Of a stretch of DNA of 64,000 nucleotides, positions 8,961 through 19,013 are shown piece by piece. This stretch comes from Syntrophobacterales bacterium. Its GTDB lineage: Bacteria; Desulfobacterota; Syntrophia; Syntrophales; CAMTWB01. How positions within the stretch are numbered: position 1 is the first letter of the stretch; every line of letters begins with the position of its first letter. A program made the position numbers and the translations under genes. The notes beneath the pieces were generated by a model. That model was not told the origin of the DNA, made no database searches, and saw only the letters and a program-made list of their open reading frames with translations. Location: positions 13,054 to 77,053 of the forward strand of contig JBBIRO010000008.1 of the NCBI GenBank assembly GCA_037441775.1, given 5' to 3'.

Positions 8961-10928
8961 ATGAGGTACGCAGAGACCGGATTCAATTTGGAAATTGATC
9001 TGACCCGGGGAAGCATCGATCGGGTGGCTACCGATCCCAGAGATACCGAATTATATCTGGGAGGGTTAGGCACTAACGCGAAAATTTTGTGGGAGCGGGT
9101 TCCTCCGGAAGTTGAGCCCTTTTCTCCCGATAATCTGCTGATATTCGGCACCGGTCTTTTATGTGGCACTCCTGCTGTCGGCGCTAACCGCACCATTGTT
9201 TCCACCATTTCTCCTCAAACGCGGTTAATGGCATTTTCCATGATGGGAGGATTCTGGGCGCCCGAATTGAAGTATGCCGGTTATGACAAGGTTATTTTTC
9301 GCGGCAAATCCCCCCGACTGGTTTATCTGTGGATCCACAATGACCAGGTGGAAATCCGTGATGCCTCTCATTTGCAGGGTTTGGGCGCGGTTGAAACTCA
9401 GGAACTTATTTGCAAGGAGTTGAAAGAGCCAAAGGCGCAGGTCGCCGCCATCGGTCTGGCCGGTGAAAACCGGGTCTATTTCGCCTCCATCGAGCAGGGC
9501 AGATCGAGCGCCAGCCGGGGGGGGATCGGCGCTGTTATGGGAGACAAGGGAATAAAGGCCATCGCCGTCCGGGGAACCAAGGATGTCAATATTGCACGGC
9601 CGCCTGAGTTCCTGGAGCTTTGCAAAGAAGTGCTGAAATATATTCAATTTCGCGAGGAAAATCCGGTTCCGGGGGTGATGCCCATTTTGGCGGGCCTGGG
9701 GTCGCCGCAGGAGATGAAGGTGCATGATGAGAAGTGGCACACCGAGAATTTCATGTGGGGAAATTCCCGTACCCGCCGCAAGGATTTTTGGAACGAGGAG
9801 ATTGAAAAGCAGTGGACGGAAACCCTGGTAGGCGCTCAGCGACGTCTGATTAGCTGCTATAACTGTCCGATGAAATGCGGGGCGACCATTTCCCTCCCGG
9901 GAGTTCCTACCTACATGATGAAATGCTTCACCAAGCTTACCTATACCATGGCAGCCTATTCCGACCTGGAGTTTGGCTTGAAAATCGCCGGGCGGGCGAC
10001 GGAGTACGGCGTGGACGGATACTCAGCACCGCAGGTTATGGCCTTTGCAATTGAGCTTTATGAAGCCGGCATTTTGACCGACGAGGATATGCCGGGAATG
10101 CCCTCTGATAATGAGGGGAGGTTTTACTGGCTTCTGGACAAAATTGTTCGCCGGGAAGGGATCGGAGATATCCTGGCCAATGGAACCTATTGGGCGGCTC
10201 AGCTGATTGGCAAGGGAGCGGAGGCATATGCTCATAATAACATTAAAAAACATGAGCAGCTTCCACTTAAACTGTCCATGTTGAATCCCATTTATTTCCT
10301 CATGTATTCAACGGGTGAGAAGATAAACATTACCCAGATTGAGGGACAGTTCCCCCAGGCGCCCTTTATCACCGAAGCGGAAAGGGAAGAGTTTGTCAAG
10401 GACTGGTTCCAGGTTCCCGACGAAAAATTTAAAAAGTATTTACTGGACTGGGAACCGCGGGGAGAAAACTCCAACCCGTACTATCCAACTGTCCAAATGA
10501 GCTGCGAAATTGTGGACTGGCAAGAGCAGATGCACTACATTGATGACGCCCTTGGCATCTGCGCCGGATTGTCGTCGTTTCCCCTGAAGCCTCCCTATCA
10601 CATCCATAACTTCCCGAAATTTATCTCCGCCGGAGCGGGAATTGATATGGATGAAGAGCACTTGACGCAAACCGCAAGGAGGATCAGGACATTAGTGAGG
10701 GCTTTTAATATCAGACAGGGTCTAAGCCGGGCTGATGAAGCGCCGCCCGAAGACCACTGGAAAAAAAGATTTCCCGAGCTGGAAGCCAAACTCTTAGATG
10801 AGTATTATAAATTCAAGGGATGGGATAATCGGGGTGTTCCCACAAAAGAGTCGCTGCGGGAACTGGATATGGATTATGTCAGCGAAGACTTGGAACAAAG
10901 AGGGATCATCAAAAATGACCGCGCTTAA
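8961..10928 (+). CDS. bamB: Class II benzoyl-CoA reductase, tungsten/pterin active-site subunit BamB (AOR family)
   Basis: As far as I recall, the N-terminus MRYAETGFNLEIDLTRGSIDRVATDPRDTELYLGGLGTNAKILW is nearly identical to Geobacter metallireducens BamB. AOR-family fold, 655 aa. It is followed by the seven partner genes in canonical order. Confidence 0.85.
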   Translation: MRYAETGFNLEIDLTRGSIDRVATDPRDTELYLGGLGTNAKILWERVPPEVEPFSPDNLLIFGTGLLCGTPAVGANRTIVSTISPQTRLMAFSMMGGFWAPELKYAGYDKVIFRGKSPRLVYLWIHNDQVEIRDASHLQGLGAVETQELICKELKEPKAQVAAIGLAGENRVYFASIEQGRSSASRGGIGAVMGDKGIKAIAVRGTKDVNIARPPEFLELCKEVLKYIQFREENPVPGVMPILAGLGSPQEMKVHDEKWHTENFMWGNSRTRRKDFWNEEIEKQWTETLVGAQRRLISCYNCPMKCGATISLPGVPTYMMKCFTKLTYTMAAYSDLEFGLKIAGRATEYGVDGYSAPQVMAFAIELYEAGILTDEDMPGMPSDNEGRFYWLLDKIVRREGIGDILANGTYWAAQLIGKGAEAYAHNNIKKHEQLPLKLSMLNPIYFLMYSTGEKINITQIEGQFPQAPFITEAEREEFVKDWFQVPDEKFKKYLLDWEPRGENSNPYYPTVQMSCEIVDWQEQMHYIDDALGICAGLSSFPLKPPYHIHNFPKFISAGAGIDMDEEHLTQTARRIRTLVRAFNIRQGLSRADEAPPEDHWKKRFPELEAKLLDEYYKFKGWDNRGVPTKESLRELDMDYVSEDLEQRGIIKNDRA

Positions 10929-11460
10929 GAAGAAAATAAAGACCATCAAAATCGATGCCGACAAGTGCAATGGCTGCCGGGCCTGCGAGGTGATCTGCTC
11001 AGCCTTTCACGCCAGCCCGCAATACAGCAGCAATAACCCGGAGCGGTCCCGAATCCGCGTGATCCGCGAACCGCTCAAAGATATCTATCTTCCGGTATAC
11101 GCCGGCGAATACACGGCCGCCGAATGTATGGGGCGGGATAAATATGTGATTGAGGGCAAGGAGTACGACGAGTGCAGCTTCTGCCGAGCCTCCTGCCCAT
11201 CGCGGACGCTGTTCAAAGAACCCGATTCCGGCCTGCCGCTCAAATGCGACCTGTGCGAAAGCGACCCGTCGCTTGCGGAGCCGCTGTGTGTGCAGTGGTG
11301 CATTACCAAAGCCCTGACCTACGAAGAACGGGAAGAGGAGGTTAAAGAGGAGCTGAAGTTGGCAGAGCTGGACACTGGTCTGGAAGCGCTGGCCAACAAA
11401 TACGGCCTGCCGCAGGTGGCGGATGCCCTGGCCCGGATGTCATTGTCCAGTAAGGGATGA
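10915..11460 (+). CDS. bamC: BamC, poly-[4Fe-4S] ferredoxin-like subunit
   Basis: CNGCRACEVIC and further Cys clusters (CSFCRASCP, CDLCESD...CVQWC). Start set at the ATG of MTALKKKIK, overlapping the bamB stop by 14 nt; the track ORF start at 10798 lies inside bamB. Confidence 0.7.
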   Translation: MTALKKKIKTIKIDADKCNGCRACEVICSAFHASPQYSSNNPERSRIRVIREPLKDIYLPVYAGEYTAAECMGRDKYVIEGKEYDECSFCRASCPSRTLFKEPDSGLPLKCDLCESDPSLAEPLCVQWCITKALTYEEREEEVKEELKLAELDTGLEALANKYGLPQVADALARMSLSSKG

Positions 11461-12677
11461 GGGCGCCTGCTGACAGCCATAGCACCTCTTATGTTACACA
11501 ATCGTTAGCCCAGAGGATAAAACCATTGGAAACCGTAACTCCCTACCAAGAGATCATCGCAGTCATCAAGGCCAGCGGCGGCGACGCCTTCAAAAAGTGC
11601 TATCAGTGTGGTTTGTGTGATGTTGTCTGCCCCTGGAACAGAGTGACCAGCTTCAGTATGCGCAAGCTGGTCCGCGAGGCGACGTTTGGCTTGACGGAAA
11701 TAGAAAGCGATGAGATCTGGCGCTGTACCACTTGTGGGAAATGTCCGCAGCAATGCCCCCGGGAGGTCAGACAGATAGAATCGGGAGTGGCATTGCGCCG
11801 GGTGGCCACCGAATATGGGGTCTTCCCTCATTCGGTACGCCCCCTGCGCGCCGTCAGCGGCAGCCTGGCCGGCGCCGGCAACCCGCTGAATGAAGAACGA
11901 CAAAAACGGGCGGACTGGGCGCAGGGCCTCAATGTTAAAACCTTTAGCGAGGGAATGGAGTTTTTATATTTCCCCTGCTGCTATTTAAGCTATGATCCCA
12001 GATTGAAAAATGTTGCCCGGGCGACGGCAAAAATCCTGGAGGCTGCCGGTGTGGATTTTGGAATTCTTGGCCCCGGCGAGAACTGCTGCGGCGAAAGCAT
12101 CCGCAAAACGGGCGACGAGATTTTATTCAAACAACTGGCCCGGGAAAACATCAAGGCCTTTATCGATAACGGGGTTAAGAAGATCCTCGTCTCCTCGCCT
12201 CACAGTTACCATGCCTTTAAAAATGAATACCCCGAGTTCATGGTGCGCTTTGAGGTAATTCACTTGGCGCCATACATTTTAGACCTGACCCTTCAGGGAC
12301 GTTTTGTCTTCAACGGGAAATATCCCAAGAAGGTTGCCTATCATGACCCCTGCTACCTGGGGCGGCACAACGGCATATATGAGGAGCCCCGGGAAGTGTT
12401 AAAGAAAATACCCGGTTTGGAGCTGCTTGAGCTGCCCGATGCCCGGGCCGATAGCCTCTGTTGCGGCGGTGGCGGCGGCCGGATTTGGATGGAGACACCC
12501 CAGAAGGAACGATTTTCCGACTTGAGAGTGAAACAGGCGATCGCCGCTGGGGCCGACGTGCTGGTTACGGCCTGTCCCTATTGCATCACCAATTTTGAAG
12601 AAAGCCGATTGAACCTCGGGGCCGGTGAAGGATTAGAGATCAAGGATATCACTGAAATCATAATTGACGCATTTTAG
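11457..12677 (+). CDS. bamD: BamD, HdrD-like FeS subunit with CCG domains
   Basis: Two ferredoxin CxxCxxC motifs (CYQCGLCDVVCP, CTTCGKCPQQCP). Cysteine-rich CCG-type motifs (FPCCY, NCCGES, LCCGGGGG, CPYC). ATGA overlap with bamC. Confidence 0.75.
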   Translation: MRAPADSHSTSYVTQSLAQRIKPLETVTPYQEIIAVIKASGGDAFKKCYQCGLCDVVCPWNRVTSFSMRKLVREATFGLTEIESDEIWRCTTCGKCPQQCPREVRQIESGVALRRVATEYGVFPHSVRPLRAVSGSLAGAGNPLNEERQKRADWAQGLNVKTFSEGMEFLYFPCCYLSYDPRLKNVARATAKILEAAGVDFGILGPGENCCGESIRKTGDEILFKQLARENIKAFIDNGVKKILVSSPHSYHAFKNEYPEFMVRFEVIHLAPYILDLTLQGRFVFNGKYPKKVAYHDPCYLGRHNGIYEEPREVLKKIPGLELLELPDARADSLCCGGGGGRIWMETPQKERFSDLRVKQAIAAGADVLVTACPYCITNFEESRLNLGAGEGLEIKDITEIIIDAF

Positions 12678-12704
12678 TGGCCTGATAAAGTTGAAGGAGA
12701 ACCA

Positions 12705-15700
12705 GTGGAAGGGCAGACTTGTATGTTTCACCCCGACGGCACCCTAGGCGATGTCCTGGTAGTCGGCGGCGGTATCAGCGGCATTCAGGCCGCGCTGGAT
12801 CTGGCTACGGCCGGCTTTAAGGTTTACTTGGTGGAAAAATCGCCGACTATTGGCGGCAAGATGGCCCAGCTCGACAAGACCTTTCCCACCAATGACTGCT
12901 CGATGTGTATTGAATCACCGAAATTTGTGGAGTGCAACCGCCATCCCAACATAGAGATCATGACCTATACCGAGGTCGACTCAGTAGCAGGCCGGGCCGG
13001 AGATTTCAAGGTAACCCTGATTAAAAAACCGCGCTACATTGATGAGGGCAAATGCACGGGCTGCACCACTTGTGTCGAGTACTGCCCGGTTAAAGTCCCC
13101 GATCCATACAATCAGGAAATATCGCTTAATAAAGCCATTCATATCTACTTTGCTCAGGCAATTCCCCTCGTAACTTATGTTGATGAAAGCTGCCTCTACC
13201 TCAAAGAAAAGAAGTGCAGTATTTGTAAAGCCGTCTGCAAAAATGATGCAATCGATTTCAATCAAATGCCCGAGCGGGTGGAGTTAAAGGTAGGAGCGAT
13301 CGTCCTTGCCTGCGGCTTTGAGCCCTTCGATCCCAGGATCAGGGAAGACTATGGTTACGGCAGGTTGCAAAACGTGGTAACCAGTCTCGACTACGAACGG
13401 CTCTTATGCGCCACCGGGCCCTATGAGGGCGAGATCCGGCGCCCGTCCGATAAGCAGCACCCTCATAAGATAGCCTGGATTCAATGCGTTGGTTCCCGTC
13501 AGGTTATCACGGGCGGCAACAGCTACTGCTCGGCGGTCTGTTGCACCTATACCCAGAAGCAGGTTATTCTCACCAAAGACCATGAGGCCGAGGCCGAATG
13601 CACCATTTTCCACAACGATATCCGCTCCCACGGCAAGGATTTTGAGCGTTTCTACCAGCGGGCGGAGAAGATGCCCGGCGTCCGGTTCATCAGAAGCTAT
13701 GTCACCGTCGGCCGGGAGATACCGGAAACCGGGAATATTACCATTAGATACTCAACTCCCGATGAAGGGGTGAAAGAGGAAGAGTTCGATCTGTTGGTGT
13801 TGTGCGTGGGATTGAACCCTCCGGCCGACGCCGTAAGCATGGCTAAAAAATTGGGCATCGAGCTTGGTGAATACGGATTTTGTAAAACCGCTCCAGACAA
13901 TCCGATGCAGACTTCCCGTCCCGGAATCTTTGTCAGCGGCGCCCTCCAGGGGCCGCTCGATATACCCGAGTCCGTTCTGACAGCCAGCGGCGCCGGCTCT
14001 CAATGTGGCGAACTCCTGAACTATCGGCGGGGGAAGCTGGCCAGAAAAAGGATTTATCCTCCCGAAAGGGATGTGTCGGGCGAGGAGCCCCGGGTGGGCG
14101 TCTATGTTTGTCATTGCGGCGCCAATATTGGCCGGATAGTGGATATTCCCGGCACGGTTAATTATGCTCTTACCCTGCCCAATGTGGTTCACGCCGAAGA
14201 AAACCTCTTCATCTGCTCCACGGAAGCGGCAGCGCGGCTGGCCGACTCGATAAAGGAAAAGGGGCTCAATCGGGTGGTTGTAGCCGCTTGCACGCCCCGG
14301 ACCCATGAGCCTCTGTTCCGTGATACGCTACGGGAGGCGGGTATTAATCAGTACTTTTTCGACATGGCCAATATCAGGGAGCATTGTTCCTGGGTCCACT
14401 CGAAAGAAAAAGAAGACGCCACCAAGAAGGCAAAAGATATTATCAGAATGTCCGTCGCCCGGGCTCAACTGCTGGAGCCTCTGGAGGAGTTTGAACTCCC
14501 CGTAAACCCCGCCGCCCTGGTGATTGGCGGGGGTATTGCCGGGATGAGTTGCGCCCTGTCCATCGCCAGACAGGGGCATGAGGTTTACCTGGTGGAAAGG
14601 GATGGTGACCTGGGGGGAATGGCCAGAAGGATTCAGCGCACCCTGGAGGGCTTGGATGTCCAAGCCTATTTGCGCAATCTCATCAGCCAGATATACCGGC
14701 ATCCCCTGGTCCACGTTTATACCGACGCTACCATCAAGGATGCCGGCGGCTATGTGGGCAATTTCGTAACCAGACTGAAGTATCAGGGGCGTATCCGGGA
14801 GATAAGGCACGGCGCCACGATCATCGCCACCGGCGGCGGCATATATGAACCAACCGAATATCTTTATGGCCAGGATGAGCGGGTTATTACCAACCTGGAA
14901 CTGGAAGAACTAATCGCCCAAGGGGACGACCGGCTGATAAACTCCCGCAGTCTGGTAATGATCCAATGCGTCGGCTGCCGACAGGAAGACCGGAATTACT
15001 GTGCCCGGATCTGCTGTGGCCAGTCCATCAAAAACGCATTGAAGTTAAAAGAAATAAACCCGTCGCTCGACATTTGCCTCCTCTTTCGGGACATGAGAAC
15101 CTATGGTTTCAAGGAGGATTACTACCGTGAGGCGGCGGATAAGGATGTGAGGTTCATCCGCTACGAAGCGCACGATAAACCACAGGTGGCGGCCAGCCAG
15201 GAGGAAGGGCGGCCGGTTTTGATGGTTACCGCCGCCGATGCCATTTTAGGCAAGAATCTGGCGATTGCCGCCGATTTCGTGGTGTTAGCCGCCGCCGTCA
15301 TTCCTGCCGCGGGAAGTCAGGAGCTGGCCCGCCAATTTAAGGTAACCTTAAGCCCGGACGGATTTTTCCAGGAAGCCCATGTAAAATTGCGTCCTGTCGA
15401 TTTTGCCGCCGAAGGCGTTTTCCTCTGCGGAACCGCTCACTACCCCAAGTTTATTGCGGAGACGATCAGCCAGGCTTACGGCGCCGCCGGCCGGGCGCTC
15501 ACCCTCTTGGCCAATGATACCGTCACTGCCTCGGGTTCCGTTTGCGCCGTTAATGAAAACGATTGCATCTCCTGCGGCGCCTGCATTACGGCCTGCACTT
15601 ACGGCGCCATTGAATTTAAGGAAACAGCACGGGGCAGAAAGGCGGCCGTCAATCCAGTCCTCTGTAAAGGGGACGGTCTGTGTAACGCCAAGTGTCCCAC

Positions 15701-15776
15701 TGGCGCTATTTTTCTGAAACATTATACGGACAAAGAGGTTTTTCAGCAGATTGATGCGGTGGCCGCGGCTTTCTAG
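12705..15776 (+). CDS. bamE: BamE, large HdrA-like FAD/FeS subunit (duplicated HdrA architecture)
   Basis: Two dinucleotide-binding motifs (VVGGGISGIQAALDLA and VIGGGIAGMSCALSIA), HdrA-type Cys clusters, and a C-terminal 2x[4Fe-4S] ferredoxin (CISCGACITAC...CKGDGLCNAKCP). 1023 aa. Confidence 0.75.
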   Translation: MEGQTCMFHPDGTLGDVLVVGGGISGIQAALDLATAGFKVYLVEKSPTIGGKMAQLDKTFPTNDCSMCIESPKFVECNRHPNIEIMTYTEVDSVAGRAGDFKVTLIKKPRYIDEGKCTGCTTCVEYCPVKVPDPYNQEISLNKAIHIYFAQAIPLVTYVDESCLYLKEKKCSICKAVCKNDAIDFNQMPERVELKVGAIVLACGFEPFDPRIREDYGYGRLQNVVTSLDYERLLCATGPYEGEIRRPSDKQHPHKIAWIQCVGSRQVITGGNSYCSAVCCTYTQKQVILTKDHEAEAECTIFHNDIRSHGKDFERFYQRAEKMPGVRFIRSYVTVGREIPETGNITIRYSTPDEGVKEEEFDLLVLCVGLNPPADAVSMAKKLGIELGEYGFCKTAPDNPMQTSRPGIFVSGALQGPLDIPESVLTASGAGSQCGELLNYRRGKLARKRIYPPERDVSGEEPRVGVYVCHCGANIGRIVDIPGTVNYALTLPNVVHAEENLFICSTEAAARLADSIKEKGLNRVVVAACTPRTHEPLFRDTLREAGINQYFFDMANIREHCSWVHSKEKEDATKKAKDIIRMSVARAQLLEPLEEFELPVNPAALVIGGGIAGMSCALSIARQGHEVYLVERDGDLGGMARRIQRTLEGLDVQAYLRNLISQIYRHPLVHVYTDATIKDAGGYVGNFVTRLKYQGRIREIRHGATIIATGGGIYEPTEYLYGQDERVITNLELEELIAQGDDRLINSRSLVMIQCVGCRQEDRNYCARICCGQSIKNALKLKEINPSLDICLLFRDMRTYGFKEDYYREAADKDVRFIRYEAHDKPQVAASQEEGRPVLMVTAADAILGKNLAIAADFVVLAAAVIPAAGSQELARQFKVTLSPDGFFQEAHVKLRPVDFAAEGVFLCGTAHYPKFIAETISQAYGAAGRALTLLANDTVTASGSVCAVNENDCISCGACITACTYGAIEFKETARGRKAAVNPVLCKGDGLCNAKCPTGAIFLKHYTDKEVFQQIDAVAAAF

Positions 15777-15820
15777 AAACCACCGACACCGCCTTCCAGC
15801 TTGAGGAGTACACCGTCAAA

Positions 15821-16588
15821 ATGGCAAAAGCATCCGAGTTTAAGCCCAAAATTATCGGCTTTTTGTGCAATTGGTGCTGCTACGGCGGCGCAGATCTCTG
15901 TGGCGTTTCCCGCTACCAATACCCGCCCTACCTGCGGGTGGTGCGTCTGATGTGCTCCGGCAGAGTTGACCCGGCCTTTGTCTTTCGTTCTTTTGCCAAG
16001 GGAATTGACGCGGTTTTCATCGGCGGCTGTCATCTGAACGACTGCCATTACAATCCGGAAGGAAATTACGACGCGCTGGCCAATACGATAATCTGCAAGC
16101 GATTGCTGGAGCATATAGGGATCAACCCCGAAAGATTGAGGCTGGAATGGGTATCGGCGGGGGAAGGAATCCGTTTTGCCGAAATTATGAATGATTTTTC
16201 TCTCAAGGTAAAAAAATTAGGACCCCTGGGGTTTAGTGAGGGGATAGACCAACAGATATTAAAATTTAAAATTGATGCCGTAACCGGATTTGTTCCCTAC
16301 ATAAAGCTTGTCGAAAGACAGAAACTCAGACCGCCGCACCGAACGGAAAAGGACTACCATAGCTATTATTCCTGTCAGGAGTTTAACGCTCTGTTTGAGG
16401 AACTTATTATAGATAAGCTGGCGACTGGTTACATAATGTCCCTTCTCAGAGATAAGCCCCGGTCACAGGGGGAAATTATGGAAATTTTGGGCCTGACTCC
16501 CGCGGACGTGACCGGGCATATCAATGCGGCGATAAAGCAGGGATTGGTTCGCTACGACGCCAACCGGCAGTGCTTTTGCGCGTCCTAA
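15821..16588 (+). CDS. bamF: BamF, MvhD/FlpD-like subunit with a ~110-aa C-terminal extension
   Basis: MvhD core (IIGFLCNWCCYGGADLCG...RLMCSGRVD...GGCHLNDCHY). The C-terminal tail SQGEIMEILGLTPADVTGHINAAIKQGLV looks winged-helix-like. Confidence 0.7.
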   Translation: MAKASEFKPKIIGFLCNWCCYGGADLCGVSRYQYPPYLRVVRLMCSGRVDPAFVFRSFAKGIDAVFIGGCHLNDCHYNPEGNYDALANTIICKRLLEHIGINPERLRLEWVSAGEGIRFAEIMNDFSLKVKKLGPLGFSEGIDQQILKFKIDAVTGFVPYIKLVERQKLRPPHRTEKDYHSYYSCQEFNALFEELIIDKLATGYIMSLLRDKPRSQGEIMEILGLTPADVTGHINAAIKQGLVRYDANRQCFCAS

Positions 16589-16625
16589 GAGGGCAGAGAG
16601 AAGAAGCCAATAGAGGAAAGCGACT

Positions 16626-17078
16626 ATGGACCTAGATAAAGTTGGCGCAATAATTGACAAGTACCAGGGCAAGGCACATTACCTGATTCAAATATTGCTG
16701 GAAATTCAAAGCGAAAACCGCTGGCTGCCCGAAGAGGTTTTGGTGATGGTCAGTCACCGGCTGCAAGTTCCTTTAACCAGGATACGTCACATCGTAACCT
16801 TTTATAAGGCCTTTAGTTTGACTCCCAAAGGACGCCATGAAATTCATGTTTGCATGGGCACGGCTTGTCACGTCCGCGGCGCAATGCGGCTCCTGGACCG
16901 AGTGCAGGATTTGACAGGAATTAAACCCGGCGAAACGGACCCGGAGTTGAAGTTTTCCTTGGAGACCGTAAACTGCGTCGGCTGCTGCGCCCTGGGGCCG
17001 GTGATGGAGATCGACGGCAAGATGCATGGCAAGATGGCGCCTTCAACAGCGGCAGAGGTGCTAAAAAACTACGAGTAG
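16626..17078 (+). CDS. bamG: BamG, NuoE/HoxE-like [2Fe-2S] thioredoxin-fold subunit
   Basis: CMGTACHVRGA...VNCVGCCALGPV is the NuoE-type 2Fe-2S cysteine pattern. 150 aa. Confidence 0.75.
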   Translation: MDLDKVGAIIDKYQGKAHYLIQILLEIQSENRWLPEEVLVMVSHRLQVPLTRIRHIVTFYKAFSLTPKGRHEIHVCMGTACHVRGAMRLLDRVQDLTGIKPGETDPELKFSLETVNCVGCCALGPVMEIDGKMHGKMAPSTAAEVLKNYE

Positions 17079-17084
17079 GGGGAA

Positions 17085-19013
17085 ATGATGGCGCGCTTAA
17101 GGTCGCCTGAAGAAATAGATAATGTCCGGCAGGGCATATTAGCCAGGAGAGATCCCGGCAGACCCTGCATATCAATCTGCGCCGGCGCGGGCTGTTTGGC
17201 ATCAGGGGCCGCTGAAGTTATCGCGGCCTTTGCTGCGGAGCTCAAGAAACAGGGCCTGGAAGCGGAGGTAAACAACAGGGAGACGGGCTGCCCTGGATTT
17301 TGCGAGCGGGGGCCGATTGTAGTTATTTATCCCGAGCAGATATGCTATCTCCAGGTAAAACCTGAAGATGTTGCCGAAATTGTCACTGTGACCATCAAGG
17401 AAAAAAAGGTAGTGGACCGGCTCGTCTATGCCGACGCGCTGACCGGCGAAAAGGCGCCCCGGGAATCCGATATTCCGTTTTATAAGTATCAAGAAAGAAA
17501 TATCCTGGGCAGCAATATCAAAATCGACCCCAAGAGCATCGAAGACTATCTGGCGATTGGTGGTTACTCCGCGTTGGTGCGGGCGTTATTCCGAATGTCC
17601 GGCGAAGAGGTTCTTGCGGAAGTAAAAAAATCCAACTTAAGAGGGAGGGGCGGCGGCGGCTTTTCGACCGGACGCAAGTGGGAAGAGTCCCGTAATGCCC
17701 CCGATCCGATAAAATACGTGATTGTTAACGCCGACGAGGGCGATCCCGGGGCGTTTATGGATCGGGCGCTTTTGGAAGGAAATCCCCATTCCATTCTCGA
17801 GGGGTTGACCATCGGGGCCTATGCCGTTGGCGCCCACGAGGGCTTTATTTATGTCCGTCAGGAATACCCCGTAGCGGTGGAAAATATAACCATTGCGATC
17901 AGCCAGGCCGAGGAGTACGGCCTGCTGGGGGAAGATATCCTGGGGTCGGGTTTTGATTTTACTGTTACAGTGCACCAGGGGGCCGGCGCCTTCGTTTGCG
18001 GCGAATCCAGCGCGCTGATGACGGCCTTGGAAGGCCAGGCCGGGGAGCCCCGGCCGAAATATATCCACACCGCCGTCAAGGGGGTCTGGGACCATCCCAG
18101 TGTTTTGAACAATGTGGAAACCTGGGCGAACGTGCCATTGATTATCGACAGGGGTGCCGACTGGTTTAACCAATTCGGAACGGAAAGAAGCAAGGGAACA
18201 AAGATTTTCTCTCTGGTGGGCAAGATTAACAATACCGGGCTAGTTGAAGTGCCTATGGGCATAACGCTCAGGGACATTATCTACCGGATCGGCGGCGGCA
18301 TTCCCGGTGGCCATAGGTTCAAGGCGGTGCAAACCGGGGGGCCGTCCGGCGGCTGTATTCCCGAGCGGCTTTTGGATTTGGAAGTCGGTTTTGATGAACT
18401 CACCAGGGCCGGCTCGATGATGGGGTCGGGCGGGATGATCGTCATGGATGAAGATACCTGCATGGTTGACGTCGCCAGGTACTTTCTGGATTTTCTTATT
18501 GACGAATCCTGCGGTAAATGTGTTCCCTGTCGTGAGGGCATGAGACAGATGCTCAAGATTCTCAACAATATAACCCGGGGGAAGGGTAGAAAGGGCGATA
18601 TTGAGCTTTTAGAGGAACTTTCGGAGCTGGCGGCTGACGCCTCCCTCTGCGCTTTGGGCAAGAGCGCGCCCAACCCCTTTCTAAGCACGCTGCGATACTT
18701 CCGGGATGAGTATGAGGCGCACATCAGAGATAAGCGGTGCCCGGCCCTGTCCTGCAAGGATCTGATTGCCTACCACATCGAACCGGACCGCTGCCAGGCC
18801 TGTATGATTTGTCTGAAGCAATGTCCGGCCGAAGCGATTGTCGGCGGCAAAAACCAGATCCACGTCATTGATCAGGAAAAATGCACCAAATGCGCGACCT
18901 GTTTAGAGGTATGCCCGCCGCGCTTTAACGCGGTGATGAAGATGTCCGGTAGGCCGGTGCCGCCTCCAATTCCGGAAGGAGCCAGAACCAAAATACGAAA
19001 GAGCGATAAATAA
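17085..19013 (+). CDS. bamH: BamH, NuoF-like NAD(P)H/FMN/FeS subunit with an N-terminal 2Fe-2S domain and a C-terminal 2x[4Fe-4S] domain
   Basis: GRGGGGFSTGRKWE (FMN/NADH site), NADEGDPGAF, ESCGKCVPCREG (N3-type cluster), C-terminal CQACMICLKQCP / CTKCATCLEVCP. 642 aa. Confidence 0.8.
   Translation: MMARLRSPEEIDNVRQGILARRDPGRPCISICAGAGCLASGAAEVIAAFAAELKKQGLEAEVNNRETGCPGFCERGPIVVIYPEQICYLQVKPEDVAEIVTVTIKEKKVVDRLVYADALTGEKAPRESDIPFYKYQERNILGSNIKIDPKSIEDYLAIGGYSALVRALFRMSGEEVLAEVKKSNLRGRGGGGFSTGRKWEESRNAPDPIKYVIVNADEGDPGAFMDRALLEGNPHSILEGLTIGAYAVGAHEGFIYVRQEYPVAVENITIAISQAEEYGLLGEDILGSGFDFTVTVHQGAGAFVCGESSALMTALEGQAGEPRPKYIHTAVKGVWDHPSVLNNVETWANVPLIIDRGADWFNQFGTERSKGTKIFSLVGKINNTGLVEVPMGITLRDIIYRIGGGIPGGHRFKAVQTGGPSGGCIPERLLDLEVGFDELTRAGSMMGSGGMIVMDEDTCMVDVARYFLDFLIDESCGKCVPCREGMRQMLKILNNITRGKGRKGDIELLEELSELAADASLCALGKSAPNPFLSTLRYFRDEYEAHIRDKRCPALSCKDLIAYHIEPDRCQACMICLKQCPAEAIVGGKNQIHVIDQEKCTKCATCLEVCPPRFNAVMKMSGRPVPPPIPEGARTKIRKSDK

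Noticed and set aside
10798-10914. Upstream extension of bamC given by the ORF track
   Set aside because: The first 39 codons overlap the end of bamB in another frame and are not ferredoxin-like. The ATG at 10915 (MTALKKKIK) gives the expected BamC-size protein.
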